Positions 37,491 to 50,625 of a stretch of 64,000 bases of DNA are shown here, in pieces. The notes beneath the pieces are model-generated. The model was not told where the DNA came from. It made no database searches and worked only from the letters and a program-made list of their open reading frames with translations. Location of the stretch: NCBI GenBank assembly GCA_013239625.1, contig MU053994.1:995775-1059774 (forward strand). The letters run 5' to 3'. The translations under genes and the position numbers were made by a program. This DNA comes from Lama guanicoe (taxonomy: Eukaryota). Position 1 is the first letter of the stretch, and every line of letters begins with the position of its first letter.

Positions 37491-38676
37491 TCTTACCAGC
37501 CCCAGTTTCACCTGCAGAGAAGCGTAAGTTCCCCCAGACACCCTACCTCCTCACCCTGATCAACACACAGCCAGACAGAGCACAGGCCTTCAGGGATTTC
37601 TTCACCGTCTGAGTTCTAGCTCCTTGTTTACTTTACACATGTGTGTATAAAGTATATATAGGTATATATGGAGGACTAGGGTTTTGGTTTTCGTATTTTG
37701 AAGATGATAATCCTATGTAGGCATTAGGCAAAGAACATTTTCCCTTTTGAAAAGAATGAAACTCCTAGAGAGCTAAATCTGTTCAACAGCATAATCCCAA
37801 GCGAGGCGTGTATGGCTCAGTCACAGACGGGCGTTCCAGGTCCCGTTTGTGGAGTCGTTGTTAGGACACGGCCACTGTAAGGGAGCTGAATTTGGAGAAG
37901 AGAGCACCACTAAGGTCTATTCTGCATTTACTGAGCTCCCCTGTGCGTTCATTACAGGCACAGTGACTAGCTTTCCAGTTAAATATTGAGATTCATAGCC
38001 AGACAAGCAGTGATTCTGCTTACATGGGTATCGGGACAGAACGTCTGAATGACATGTTGTCTGGGAAAATCAGGTACAGGATGTGGGTGAGGCTCTGGTG
38101 GAGACAAAGGAGGTTAAAGACCTTTTTTCCCTCCCACAAGGCTTTTCAAATCTTGATACACACGGTTAACAATACAGGGCAGGAGAAATGTGTGGTCGGC
38201 ACAAACTGTCTGTCAACACGCATCAGTAATAGACTTGGAGCTCTTGTTTATAAGCTGACCCGGACACGAACTTCTTTAAAAATATCTTTTCTTATTAGCG
38301 TGGAATTGGATTCATCTTTTCAGAGTGTGGATCCAGTCCTCCATCACATGAGGAATGGAAAGGAAGTGGTTTCTCCCCACAGCTCTGCCTTCAGTCGGCT
38401 GGCCCCTGCTGAGGGTGCTAAGGCTTGGTGCTCCTTCCACTCACCCACCTTTGTGTGTGTTAACTGGGCCGACGGATTTTAAATACGAGTGAGATCAACT
38501 TGGGGCTTCCACAGAGGAGGTGTGGCATAGAGGAACTCCCCCAAACATTAAGCTTCTGTCACTTTAGCCACTGCAGCTGGTCCTGATTTCTAAGTACATA
38601 AATCTCCTCACAAGTGGCTTTGCTGGCCCCAGTTCCTAACAGGCATTCATCTATATGCCGTCTATTTATATATCTG

Positions 38677-38752
38677 GGTCATTGGTGAAACCAGAGGTGT
38701 GAACTACATCGAGACAGTCTTAGCCCCTCCAGTGTGCTCACTTTTCCCTTTT
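38677..38752 (+). repeat. 76-bp dispersed direct duplication, copy B
   Basis: ggtcattggtgaaaccagaggtgtgaactacatcgagacagtcttagcccctccagtgtgctcac. Confidence 0.93.
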
Positions 38753-40129
38753 AGTGTAAATCAAAAACTAAGTCCTGTTTTAAACATTTTCAAGGAGAAC
38801 TCAACAATACTTAGAAATAACAAGTAATGCCAAGAGGCTCAGAAAAAGCTGCCGTCTTAAAATTTCTCCCTGATATAATGGAACATTTCTCAATGTGCTA
38901 ATAAACATGGAGTGAATTTTTTTTAATTCTAGGGCCTTACTTTAGGGATTTGTTTAAGAGGGAGGAGACCTAAAGTCCAGAATCTTTTAGAATAATATAC
39001 AGGAAATGTGAAACCAATTCAGGGCTGCCCATTCTTTCTCATTTCCTGATGGGATTCACAGAGTCCCTAATAACATGTTTGGAAATTTCCTGTGACCCTT
39101 TGTTGAATAATGGAATTAAGTATAAGGTGGAACTGCTTGGGCCGCATTCGAAGGGGTTTCATTATTCAAGTAGTAAAAGGCTATTTTGATAAAGTGGTCT
39201 TTATTATGACTTTAGCAGCTGCACAGCCCTGATTTTCTGTAATAGGCCTCTTTCAAACGTCTCTACTATTTCCAGACCCAGTTTTTGATTCAGAAAAGTG
39301 CTGTCGCCATATTGATCAGTTTCTACCACTTCCTGGGCCCCTAGGACATTAGAGATCATTCAGTCTCTGGCCAACCCCAGCTGAACTCCCCCAGGCTGTG
39401 CATGGAATCCAGCCAGCACCGGCCCTTGGTAAAAGCCATTGACCAGTGTGGTCTGCATCCTAGCTAACAGTTGGGCTTGATCTTGGCCCCTCTGAGGACC
39501 TCTGGGCAATTCAAGGTAACACATACAACTTTAGCTGGGAAGGACTCCTGTAGACGTCACCAGGGCCCGTCCTGTCATTTCGCAGATGAAGAACTAAAGC
39601 GCAGATATACGACTTGACTGGTCCGAGAGGGTGGATGCAAATATAAGCCATCTGGGAGAAGGAAGCATTGTTTGCTGGACTGAAAACATCCCTGCAGCCG
39701 TTTCCTATGAAGTGATCAGCTGCTTCACCACACAAGTGAAGGAGCGCCTGTGAGGGGTCCACAGCCAGAGCTGGAATTCCGGACTTCTCACGGTGCTGTT
39801 CAAAGCCCTTTTCATATTTCAAAAGCATCTATGATCCAATAGACAATCTGCACTTCTGACCCTAGCTGTATGGTCACTGATGAAATCCAAATAGAACCTC
39901 GAGTTTGTGCCCCATCACTCTAGGCTCATGACCTCGCTCCTGGAATTGAAATTCCATGAATTGGCTACAGGATGAAATAATATTCAAATACAAAATATAA
40001 TCTCAGTGGGCTTTACTGGGTGTATATATAAAGACTGTCCTGTCTACTCATGGGCGCACCTGGGGTCAGTGAACTGTGCTGGGATTTTGTTTCCCATGAG
40101 TCTTTAGAGGAGAAAAATGTGTCTTTCTT

Positions 40130-40545
40130 CCGTGTCTCCTACTTCTCCTCTGGGCGGCTACCTTCACAGACGTGTCCACTCTGCTCTGTGTCTCCTCGCT
40201 GCTCCTCGTCTCCTAGCATTGTCCTCCCACATCAGAGTGACCGTCTTCCTCAAGCCTTAGCCCTTGTCCTTCCCGCTGTTCCTGCTTCTGCTTCCTGAGA
40301 CACGTTCCTCCCTCGCTGTCACCTCTGGCCTCAGTCCTCACCTGCAGCTCTGATTGCTGCGGAACTCCAGTCCCACCTCCACAACTGCCTTCTGAAGAAA
40401 ACAGGGCCTGGACCACATGGCCTCTGGGTTTCCTGTCGGTTCTCCAACTCCATTTTAACAAGTCAGCTTTTAAGAGCATCTCAATTCTCTTCCTCTTCTC
40501 AACTTCCCCATCTCTTTCTTACTGATACCGCTAGCCTCCCCACCA
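40130..40545 (+). mobile_element. L2 relic
   Basis: Pyrimidine-rich L2-like sequence (ttcctgagacacgttcctccct ... ctctgggtttcct). Confidence 0.45.
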
Positions 40546-41014
40546 TGCTGTGTAATGTGTGTCCCCTTCCACGCACATACACACGCACCCACACACATAG
40601 ACAGAAGAGTGACAGGGCAAAAGGATCGAATTGGCTAACATACTTGCCTAGAAAGAAACAGTGCAAAGCATATGTCTTGTTGCTCTTAAGATGACAGTGT
40701 CATCTTCATAGAGAAAGTAAAGCTTGCTGTTGTGCCAGCAAACTTATGCATTTTTGGATGTCTGTGTAAAACTACAGCACGTGCCCCCCTTTCTCTTCCC
40801 CAGCAACCACTTGTCACCTTGGAAAGCTGGCTTCAAGTCCCAAAATGAGCCGACTTTCCTGTTCCCGCTGGTGACAGTTTGTCAGTCACAGGGAGGACCG
40901 AATAAACTTCTGGTACGTCTATAAGTATTTCAGAGGGAATATGGAGGTCAAGTTTGAAATTAAGATTTGTTGTATCAAAACGCTGTTACTGCAGGAAGCG
41001 CTGGAAGTCAGGAT

Positions 41015-41130
41015 TTCCCACCTCCTGATCTTACTGAACGGGGAACCGAGGCCCAGAAAGGTTAGGCGATCTTCTCAAAGTCACACAGCTTACTAGCGAC
41101 AAAACTGCAACTGAAGGTTCTTAGTCTATT
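41015..41130 (-). mobile_element. MIR fragment
   Basis: ggggaaccgaggcccagaaaggttaggcgatcttctcaaagtcacacagct. Confidence 0.75.
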
Positions 41131-42894
41131 TTAAAGCATTAACTATTTACACAAATAATTCGTAATAAAATCTTAAGTTGTAAATATGACAGATTCACAC
41201 TGTTACTTCTTCAAGTTTAAAGAGAAGACCATGAGATTCTGGAAGCTGCTGGTTTCTATGCCTTTCTGGTTGCTTTACCCATCTTTATAAAATCAGGTCA
41301 GAGCACTGTGCACAGACATGCCCTCCCTTGCGGTCCCCTCCAAATACACGCTCCCCGTATGGACGAGCTGAAAGCATAGCTTGTTGACTGCCTTTTCTCT
41401 TAAAATCGAACTTCTAAGGACCTGTGTTTTAATTATTGATAATGTGTATGGAGTTTCTGTGGCAGGCGTTTTTTTTCTGAGTTATAGAGCCATCTGGAAT
41501 GGGGGAAGGATATTTCCCACTATCTCTGTATAGTGGCTGAGAGTGAATTAACCTGTAGACCTCTGGGATGATTGAATTGCGGCTTCCACCTAAAATGGCT
41601 ATCTAACTGCGATTTCTGCCTCCAGTCTCTTCTGCGTGTTCCTTTCGGCTGGTTTTAGATCCTGTGCTTTCTCTCTCAGATGGCTTCTTAGAGAAGGGTA
41701 CATCTTCTCAATAGCTTGTGCTTCTATAATTCCATTTTCTGTTATCTTTTTTCCCTTAATTGCATAACACATGGCTCATGAGCCCCACTTTCTACATGAA
41801 TGTCTGCACGTTATTCTAATGATGCCACAAGTTCCTATTTAGTGTATGACGCAGTTAAAGGGGGAAAAAAAGAGTATGTGTACTGTACTCTATCAGACCC
41901 AAACCTGGCACAGCCTGTCATGGGCCCCAGAAGAGCTGCTGCAGTTTAATCCGAGGCGGTATGGTCTGTGTGCAGAAAAGGGAGTGGCTCAAGGAAATGT
42001 CTCTGGGCGTGTGAGAAAGATGGAAATGCTGTACACCCCCCTTCTCTGAGGATCAGGACGCTGTAGGGACAGTAGGGCGACTTCCCAGCATTAGTGGCGC
42101 TGACCTGGCAGGAGCAGGGGACTCGTTTATCTCTGCCACCTGCTCCCCCAGCATCCACTTCAGGATGAATGTAAACCTCGGTCAGTCTCTTCCATAGCAT
42201 CTCAGACACCCCTTGGCACAGTGGCAAACGTACCTGTAGTTTTCTTTTAGTGCAATTTTCAAGTAATGTGAGCTATCACACTAAAGCTTTTTTAGTTCTG
42301 ATCTGCCGTTTCTGATGGAACCGTTATCATTTCTTCAGCCTCCTCACCAAGTCTAAATTAGTAGTAGCTGGAGGTAATGTGCCCCCCGCCCCCCCCCCAC
42401 ACACACACACTGTGAGCTGCGCTGTAAGCGTGCAGAAAATGTCGAGCCATCGTGAGATGCTGGGAGCAAAGAGACCGAGAGCCTCAGCCTGGTTAGTGCT
42501 GGTGGGCGCCGAGCCTGCCCTCCTGGCCTGTGGTTGATATGCGGGCAGTAAGGTGGTGGGGCCTTCACCGGGCCACTCACATGGTTTATCCATATTCTCC
42601 GATCTGTCCCCTCCTCGGCCACGCTCCAGGCTGCTGGCTAATTGATTCTTCTGAGAAAGAAGCAAAACTTGCATGAGAAAGCCAAATCAGTGACACACTG
42701 ATTGATTTTGGAATTTGAGGTCGCTGAAGAGCTCAGACACACAATTATTTTGGTGAGCTCTGAACCTACTCACTGCACCCCAGAGCAGAAGGCAGATGTC
42801 AAGAGAACTCGTCTTTTGCTTTTCACTTCGTGGGTGCTGGTAGAGGCACGTGGATGGGTGAGTGTTTCTGTGCTTGTAAACAGGAACCAAGATA

Positions 42895-43040
42895 AAAAAT
42901 ATGCCATTCTGAGGACTGATGTTGATGATGGGGAGGCTATATGTGTGGAGGGGCAGGGAATGTTGGGAAATCTCTGTACCTCCTTTTCAATTTTGTTATA
43001 AACCTAACTGCTCTAAAAACAAAATCCTTTCCAAAAAAAA
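42895..43040 (+). mobile_element. L1MC-like 3' end fragment
   Basis: gatgttgatgatggggaggctatatgtgtg ... gggaaatctctgtacctccttttcaattttg ... aacctaactgctctaaaa. Confidence 0.8.
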
Positions 43041-43494
43041 GGGGGGGAACCAAGGAAAAAAGTCCTATAGACCACGACTTTTGTCTTTGGCTCGCCTTTG
43101 TATGTTTCTTACCCTTTATAAGAAGCATTATTATAGGAGGAAAAATGTGAGTGAGCACTAGTTTATTGTGTTTTATGATCTTTAGCCCTTTGCTTAGAGC
43201 TTTTTCCTTCAACTGCCTGGCAGTTTCTTCCAAGACTCACTGCAAGTCCACCACTGCTACCATCACCAAATACAGTTTGCAGTTTTACTCGCTTCAGGCT
43301 GCTCCACAGCCCAACCTTTTCCTCTTTGTCTATTTCTTCCTTTCCTCTTTCTCCTTAACATTGTTATTTCCCCAGATGACAATGCCTGCTCACACTGGCA
43401 TTCCACCATGTCTAATAGTTGCTCAGAGATGTTCAGACGGTAGAGCAGGCGGATGGCTAACAGGAAACACCTTCCCCCTTAACTCCGCAGCCAG

Positions 43495-43700
43495 CTGCTA
43501 ATTTGTTCACTCGGCAGACAGGTACTGCACATTGACTGTATGCAAGGCCCCCAGCTCCTGCCCTCAAGGGGAATCACAGTCCTGGATGCGCATGGGCGGG
43601 GGATAGGGTGCACGATGGTGGCACCCTGCAGAGCAAGTTCTGTTGAAGGAGGCTGTGGGGAGTGCATATAGTATACCCGGAGTATTTAGGGTATAGACGG
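43495..43700 (-). mobile_element. L2 3' region relic
   Basis: tcctgccctcaaggggaatcacagtc. Confidence 0.55.
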
Positions 43701-46700
43701 GTAGGGATAGGAAGGGTAAGAATTCTGGGTAAGAGGATCATTATGAGCAAAGATGGAGAAGCAGGAAAGTATGGGAAGCTCCCAAAGAGCAGCTCGGTTC
43801 TCCTGGAAGTCCATAGAGTCCACAAAGACTAGTGAGGGGGATGAGGCTGAAGGGGTGGGTTTGGTGTGCGCAGGAGAACCTGCACATGTGGGGTTCGGGC
43901 TTCCAAACACAGAGCTGGTCCATCAGGAATGTTCAAGTACGAGAGAAGCAACACTGGAGAAGGGCATTCCTCTCTGAGTGGTTTTTATATTCCTAGAACA
44001 CAGGTGCTGGAAGGGGCCTGTCTATCCCAGTTTCCACCTCATTTCAGAGGTGGAGTTCCTTAAAGGATGTCTGACGTGGTCAAGGTCAAAATGTTGGATG
44101 GCTTTTCTCCCATGCAATATGGTGCCTACGGTGTTGTCCTGGTTTGCGCCCATTGGCAATCTTCAAGAGGCATCCTTGAGGTCTGTAAAAATTGTCTTTC
44201 TTCAAAAAAAAAAAAAAGATAGAATGTGTAATTTACATGATATGAACATTTTAACAAGTTTATAGTATAGGCTTTGTGCTTTATGAGGAGAGGTTTCAAA
44301 CTCAAACCAATAGCTCAATTTGGAGAAATGATTTTTTTGAAAGAAAAGGAATAAAAATGCTAATACTATTTGCCTTAATCCTGATTTGTGTCAACTTTGA
44401 CATACTGCATGTAATATTTGTTAAGGTAGTAAGTGAACTTCATGAAATCACTGGCCACAGAAATATATCAGACTCTTATACTTGGTGAGCAGCGTACACT
44501 TTCATTAAAGCAGTCACATTCCAAGAATGATTGGCAATAGTGGTGTATGGAATGCCGCTACTCGGTGAATGTCCGAAGGGTTACTGAATCTTTGGACGCA
44601 ATCGCATAAAACCCCAAGTGTCTGGATGACACTTATACTCACCCTAAACACCTAGTTTAACTAGTTTAGTACACTTACATTGTAATACTTACAGTTCTAG
44701 GTAGATAATGCCAGAGAGGGACATAGGGGAGAAAGATTCTCTTTGGTTTCATTTTAAGTGACCTCTCAGCATCTACCTGATGGAGAAGTTTTCTGAGTAT
44801 TTGGCATTTGAAAGACTGTTTTATTAAATAGAGGTTCTAAGACCCAGAGAAATGAAATGTATTTGTTAATGAATATTAAGCATTTACTCTGTGCCTGGCA
44901 CCGTGCTAAGCGTCAAGTAATAAAAGATAGCTCAGGCGCTGTCCTTTCTACCTAACTTATGTTCACCGCATTCTTACCCCAAACAAGTGGAGAGTTGAAT
45001 CTTAAATTTTGATTCTAGCGGGTGAAAAGCATCTTGTCTCCATTTGGAAGAGTATGCCAGAAAAGGTGTTCAAGGGAGGTACTTTCTTTAGCAACCACCA
45101 GGTGTCAGTAGAGGACTTGGAACTCTTGGCAACAAATGAGTTCTTGGTTTTCTTAAGTCACGAAGGCCATCCCCATTTTGACTTTTCGAAGACGGTAGAC
45201 CTCCACCGGGCCACTTTCTCCCAAATATTAATGTCAAACGCTTTCTCCTCAAGATTGCATCTCATTCCTTCACCTTTGCCTTATAAAAGTAGCACAAGTT
45301 CCTCGATCGATTTAAAGCTTTTACTTCTGTCTTTCACAGTGATGGTTCTACAACGGACAGAGGCTGTCGGGGTGGGGGTAGAAAAGTTTCACCACACTCT
45401 TATTGTTTCCACTGATCGCATCCCCCAGACAGGTGGGGCCCACTCTCAGCTGATATGGGGGAAGGTGGAGGAGGGTCTGTTCTTTTTTCTGCGCAGAGGA
45501 ACCATCTGATGGTGGAACTTGATGGCTCCAAACTGCAGAAGGAAGTGTAAAAAGAGAAAGTCCTAGGCATCTTTGCTGGCCCGGCCAGATGTTTCCTCGT
45601 GTAGCATCTATTTGGTGGTGTTCACTTATAGACATGACGGACCAGTGTGTTGATTGACAGGGGAAACCTTGGAGAGGTGGGCATTGATTTGTGTCATACA
45701 GGTGTTCTCCAGTTTCTCATCTTGCCTCCTCACTTGAATGGGCAGGCTGGACAGGGAGCGGAGGTGTTGGGTGACAAAACTGGGAAAGGGCTTCCTTGGA
45801 CACCCTGGCTTCTCTCAAGCCTCTTAAGATGTCAGAAGTGGTGGCCATTGGAGGGGTGTCAGTTCAGGTGAGTTGCTGAGCTATTGGTAAACTGAAGGAG
45901 GGACAGACCGGGGAGATAAGAGACACAAAGTCAACCACTGGCTTCAGCAGCTGAAGCTGGTGGGTGTGTGGCCTGCAGGGGATGGAGCGTATGGCGTGGT
46001 GTGCGGCCCCAGGTCCATCCCCCAAAGGAAGGGCCTGACCCGTGCAGGGTTCTGCGGTTTAGACATGCCATGGGGATTTCCTTCCGACAGATCAGCAGAA
46101 TTAGACAAATCGTATTACAGTCTAATTCCAGGAACTGTTCAGATTCTTCTGTTGTTTTATAGTGAATAGAGTATTGTAAATATGGCAGCGCGTCAGTAGG
46201 GATTCAAAGTATTTTGTTGAGTATTTTGCTTTTGTAGAGATGTTTGTGATTGCAGTCAAAGAAAACCACTGTGTTCTTTAAAACATCACGTAGAATATCC
46301 TTAAAACGTGCTATATACACACATGCCATTGAAGAGGGAGGCTGACGTCCTCACTGGTTGCGCCCAGCTCAGTGTTGGGCAGCAGCTCTCAGACCAGACC
46401 TGAGAAAGTGCTCAGACCTGTATTAGAATGTACATTTTTATGCAGATTTTTTTTAAAGTTCTTGATTGTTGGCTTGATTTCCGATGAACATAGTACCTGC
46501 ATATGGGAGTGTGTAAGGGACAGATTTACTTATCCAAAATCAAAGGATCTTTACTCCATGATGGCTTTAGTTAATGGTGTCTGACATTTCCCACCGCTTC
46601 AGGGAATCCCACAGCAAGTGCCGTCTTGCTCATGGAAACTCGAGTCTTCACACTCCGGCCACGTTGCTCTGTGTTGATCCTCACCTTTTCCAGCAGGAGT

Positions 46701-46734
46701 TTCATGCTCCCGTCTCCCTCCTCCCCCTTTTCAG

Positions 46735-46923
46735 ATCACCGGGGTGATCCTGCTGGCCGTCGGAGTCTGGGGCAAGCTCACTCTGGGCACCTATATCTCC
46801 CTTATCGCCGAGAACTCCACAAATGCTCCCTACGTGCTCATCGGAACTGGCACCACTATCGTCGTCTTTGGCCTGTTCGGGTGCTTTGCTACGTGCCGTG
46901 GTAGCCCATGGATGCTGAAACTG
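46735..46923 (+). CDS. TSPAN7: Tetraspanin-7 coding exon 2 (189 nt; ITGVILLAVGVWGKLTLGTYISLIAENSTNAPYVLIGTGTTIVVFGLFGCFATCRGSPWMLKL: end of TM1, small extracellular loop, TM2)
   Basis: Pyrimidine tract ending tttcag at 46734; donor CTG|gtgagt at 46923/46924. Translation matches the TSPAN7 sequence as I recall it, including the N-S-T sequon. Confidence 0.97.
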
Positions 46924-48102
46924 GTGAGTGTGGCACAATATAATTCTGCTTTCCAACTCCGCTCTGTAAAAATAGAAATCACATGAAAGTGAAGTGGCCC
47001 TTCTTAAAGCCACAGACGAGACCTTAATATTCGCTGACTCTAATTTTAGTTCAGGCTCTTACCTAATCCACCCTTTAATCCCCTAGAGGGAGAAAGCCCC
47101 AAACACCGCCTAGCGCAAAACTAGTCCTGGTCCCTTGAGGTAGATGATGACAAGGCAGTGGCCAGCGGTTCCAATAAGCCATTTGTATCCTCATGGCAAG
47201 ATGCCCTGTTCCAGTTTTGAATTCTGTCTTAAAAAATGTCTTCAGGCAGGTGATGTGCAGCCTGGGTGGACAAGGCAGCGTCCCGGCCATAAGCAGCCTT
47301 TCATGTCCAAGTTGCCTTTGGAGAAAGACGTTCTTCCTCCTTGACCTTGGCAGGGCTCGGACGCACGGGCACTCTCTTCTCTACACCCGCACACCCTGGT
47401 GCGAGGCGGTGGGAGCTGAGCTAAGCCAGGGCTTCCCCACCCAGCAGAGGGTTAATGCAGTGCCAGGTATTGGCTACCAGGACCAGTGCTAGGTAGCCTT
47501 TAATAGAACACACACAGCACTGATGCTTCCCAAAGGGTAGGGGCAGGCTTTGGAAAGGCTGTTACCACAAGCCTTAACTTGTTGGTAGACGAGTTGCCTG
47601 ATTCTCCAGTCATTCATCCATGCTTTTTATTAAAAGAGTTAATATGGAAGTTTTTTTCTAGATAAAAGGTAGCAAGGGCCTCTCCTCAAAAGAAAATTTT
47701 GTTTAAAAGGATTTCGTTCGGATGTCTTGATCTGTGAAAGAGGGGAGCAGAGGTTCCGTCAGTGTGGGCTTGCCTGGACTTTCTTGTTTAGCCCTAGATT
47801 GTCATAACCCTTGATACCAGCCAGTGATGGATATGGGTGTGAGTCACTGCAAAGAACCACCTTCCAAGCGGGCACCTGTCAGTCTCTTTGTTGGCAACCC
47901 CATGGAGGCTGTGCCTGATTTGGCCACTTTCTGTCCTGCAGCCCATGCGGGAGGTGGATACCCTGGCTGCCCCTGATCCTTCCAGGTTGGTGGAGAAGCT
48001 GTAGTGAGGCCATAGTGAGGCACTTCTGCTGCTGTCACCTCCACCAGCGCCCTGTGTCTACCTTCTAGTCCTTCTTACAAGCCTAGGGTCTGCTTTGGTC
48101 TA

Positions 48103-48283
48103 GTGCTGTGGTCCTCAGCTTTGATGCATGCCTAAGTCACGCGGGCAGCTTTTGAAGAGCACTTTTGCCAGGGCCCCATCTCCAGCCAATGGAACCAGAA
48201 TCTGTGGTGGTGAGGCTCTGGCCTCACATTTTTTCCAAAAGCTCTTCGGGGGGTTCTATTACACAGCCAGTGCTGAGAACCCT
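48103..48283 (+). mobile_element. MER5A-like element
   Basis: ctgtggtcctcagctttgatgcatgc ... cagaatctgtgg ... tgctgagaacc. Confidence 0.7.
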
Positions 48284-48814
48284 TTCTTTAATACAGTGAG
48301 TAACAAGGGGAGAATTAACTCCAGAGGCATAGAAAAGAAAGATTGCAAAAAATCCATCTGTCCAAACAAGAAGGGAAGGGACTTGGTCTGGAGACCTGCC
48401 TGACCCTGACACTTGCTGGCTTAAGTCTCAGGGGCAAGGATGTAACCTCTTTGGGCCTTTGTCCCCATTTATGAAAGAACAGTATTGGACTAAATCACCA
48501 AGTTTTCTTCCAGCCCAAACACCATGACTGCGGCGGGCTGAAGAGGGCATGCAAGGCTGCAGCAGTGACCCCTGGCCTCTTCTGAAAGTGGCTTCACACC
48601 ACGTGGCCATTTTCTCCTGACACTTGTGAGCTCGCCAGCAAGTGAGCCTTTTGGGGAGTAGAGAATTTTTAGGGGTTTCATTTTGGGTTTGTTTCTGGTC
48701 TTTTAGAAACTATCATTTCGTTCCTTTCACCTGCTCGATGTTGTCCTGGGTGCAGACCGTGTTCTGTTTATTCCTCGCCACCTCCGTGAAGTGCACGTTG
48801 GATGCTCCTGTTAT

Positions 48815-48920
48815 GTGATAAAGACCTGGAGGTGAAATAACTTGTCCAGGTTCCCACAGCTAACGTGCAGAGAGCCGGGATTGGAACCAAGATATGTTTC
48901 TTTCCAAAGCCAGCACTGCC
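48815..48920 (-). mobile_element. MIR fragment
   Basis: gaggtgaaataacttgtccaggttcccacagcta ... cagagccgggattggaacc. Confidence 0.7.
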
Positions 48921-50625
48921 TGTACTACAGTATTCTCATTTGGAGAAAACTCGAACCCTCCCACCTGGGTTTAGCACGAGCTCTTCCCAGTAGGCTCTTG
49001 GCCAAGGCCTTCTGAAGGCGCGGCAGTTCTCCCCTGGAAGCTCCTGGAAGCAGAGAACTTCCCAGAGACAGGAAACTGCTGATGTAGCTGAAGAGAGCAG
49101 AAGTCACTTGATTAACTGTCTGTCTAGAATTGTACGGCCCTCATTTAACCTCATTCATTGCAAAACAACTGGAAATAACTGTTTTCACTTTATGGAGGCC
49201 CAGAGCGGTGACCTCTTTCCTAAGAGATATTCCACAACAAGGCTAGGACCGAAATCCAGTGTTCTTTCTCCCACCTGCCTGTTGACGGTTTACTATCTCA
49301 AAGGACTTTCTGGTGGAGTCTAGGCCTGGGGCGAGACTCCCTCCGGTAAAATGTGCTTCTCGTTGCATTTTGTACCAAGTTGAGAGACAGAAGTCACGAA
49401 CATGGAGCGTTCTGTTAGTAACTGTGTGCTTGATATTTTAGTGTCTGTGCTTTAAGTGTGTGTAGAAACTTTTATTAATATTTTGAATGAAACTGGCATT
49501 TCCTCTATTTAATATATGTGCCCCTAGCTAAGAAAAAATAATTTATGACCCTACGCGCATATGTATACTTTACAAGTAAGTAACGCGGCCGTGTGCAGCG
49601 TACGCACATTCCAGGGCATCATCGAGGGCCATTCCGAACACTCAGGACTGTCGTTATTTCATTTTGAGCTGAGAAGAGGCAGATTGTAAGACATATGCCT
49701 TGTAGGAAAGGAATCAATTCTCTTTCCTTTTATCTGCTTTTCAAAGTCACAAAAATGGAAACCCTTAATGTCTCATAAGTACCGTGTAATCGCCCTGAGC
49801 TGAGGCGTGTGTGCGCACACAGACAGTCAGCTCGGAAAGCGCAGGGAGCGTGAGCTGAGTAAGAAGCACTTCTAGGTGCCTGCAAACATTGTTCAGCAGT
49901 AGGGTAGCCGATTTGCTTTTCAAAAGGCCATTAACACTACACTGTGCGCAGAGCACGAGAGGTAAGGGGTCCCAGGGCACCACCGTGGGTGCCGCATTCA
50001 GGCCACTGTGAGGGAGACGGTGAGGCAGGCCTGTGCACCCCCGGCCGTTCTGTTAGGATGGGAGGGACGGGGGGAATACGACTCCAAAGGAAGGGGGTTG
50101 GAAGCCACTTCCTAGGAGATGTGCTTAAGGAAACGGGAGGGTGGCCCCGAGGAAGAGAAGCAGCAGATTAACAACGACTGTGTTGGCACCGAGGAAGGGC
50201 CGTGGCACGGAAGAGAGGTCGGGCTGGTCCTGGGGTCTCCTGGAAGCCGATCCAACACCAGCAAGTGGAAGTTATAAGTGGGCAGACTGTGGCCAAGGGG
50301 AAGGAGGCCCTTCTAGCTGTGGGAACAGTTTAAAAACTGAATGAGCTGCCAGGGGTGGACGGATGGAGGGAGGGGACTCGGCTTGCAGACGCCAGGTGAC
50401 CCTTGTGAGGAAGAGGGTCTGAAGGACTCCCAGACAAGGCGGAGCTGTGTCCTGTGACACAGAGTCCTTTCTAGCTTAGGGAGCCTAACGTTCAGAAGAG
50501 GGGATACTTGGTTGTAAAGAGCCCGCCCAGGTTTGTCCCCGTGGAGCCGGGCTGACAGGCACGGCGCTAGCACGCGTCTTCCTGCCGCCGTATCTGACTC
50601 TGTCCCCGTGCACTTGACTTTGCAG

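Larger units (their letters stand above)
1..46734 (+). other. TSPAN7: Distal part of TSPAN7 intron 1 (exon 1 lies upstream of the window)
   Basis: Exon 2 begins mid-TM1 without a start codon, and I found no sequence encoding the N-terminus (MASRRMETKPV...) in the window. Repeat-rich non-coding sequence. Confidence 0.85.

Noticed and set aside
45009..45509. 166-aa + strand ORF upstream of exon 2
   Set aside because: TTG start, no homology I recognise and no convincing splice frame; no poly(A) or TSD to suggest a retrocopy.
48738..48758. RE1/REST-like motif (ttgtcctgggtgcaga)
   Set aside because: Mismatches in both half-sites; too weak without ChIP data.
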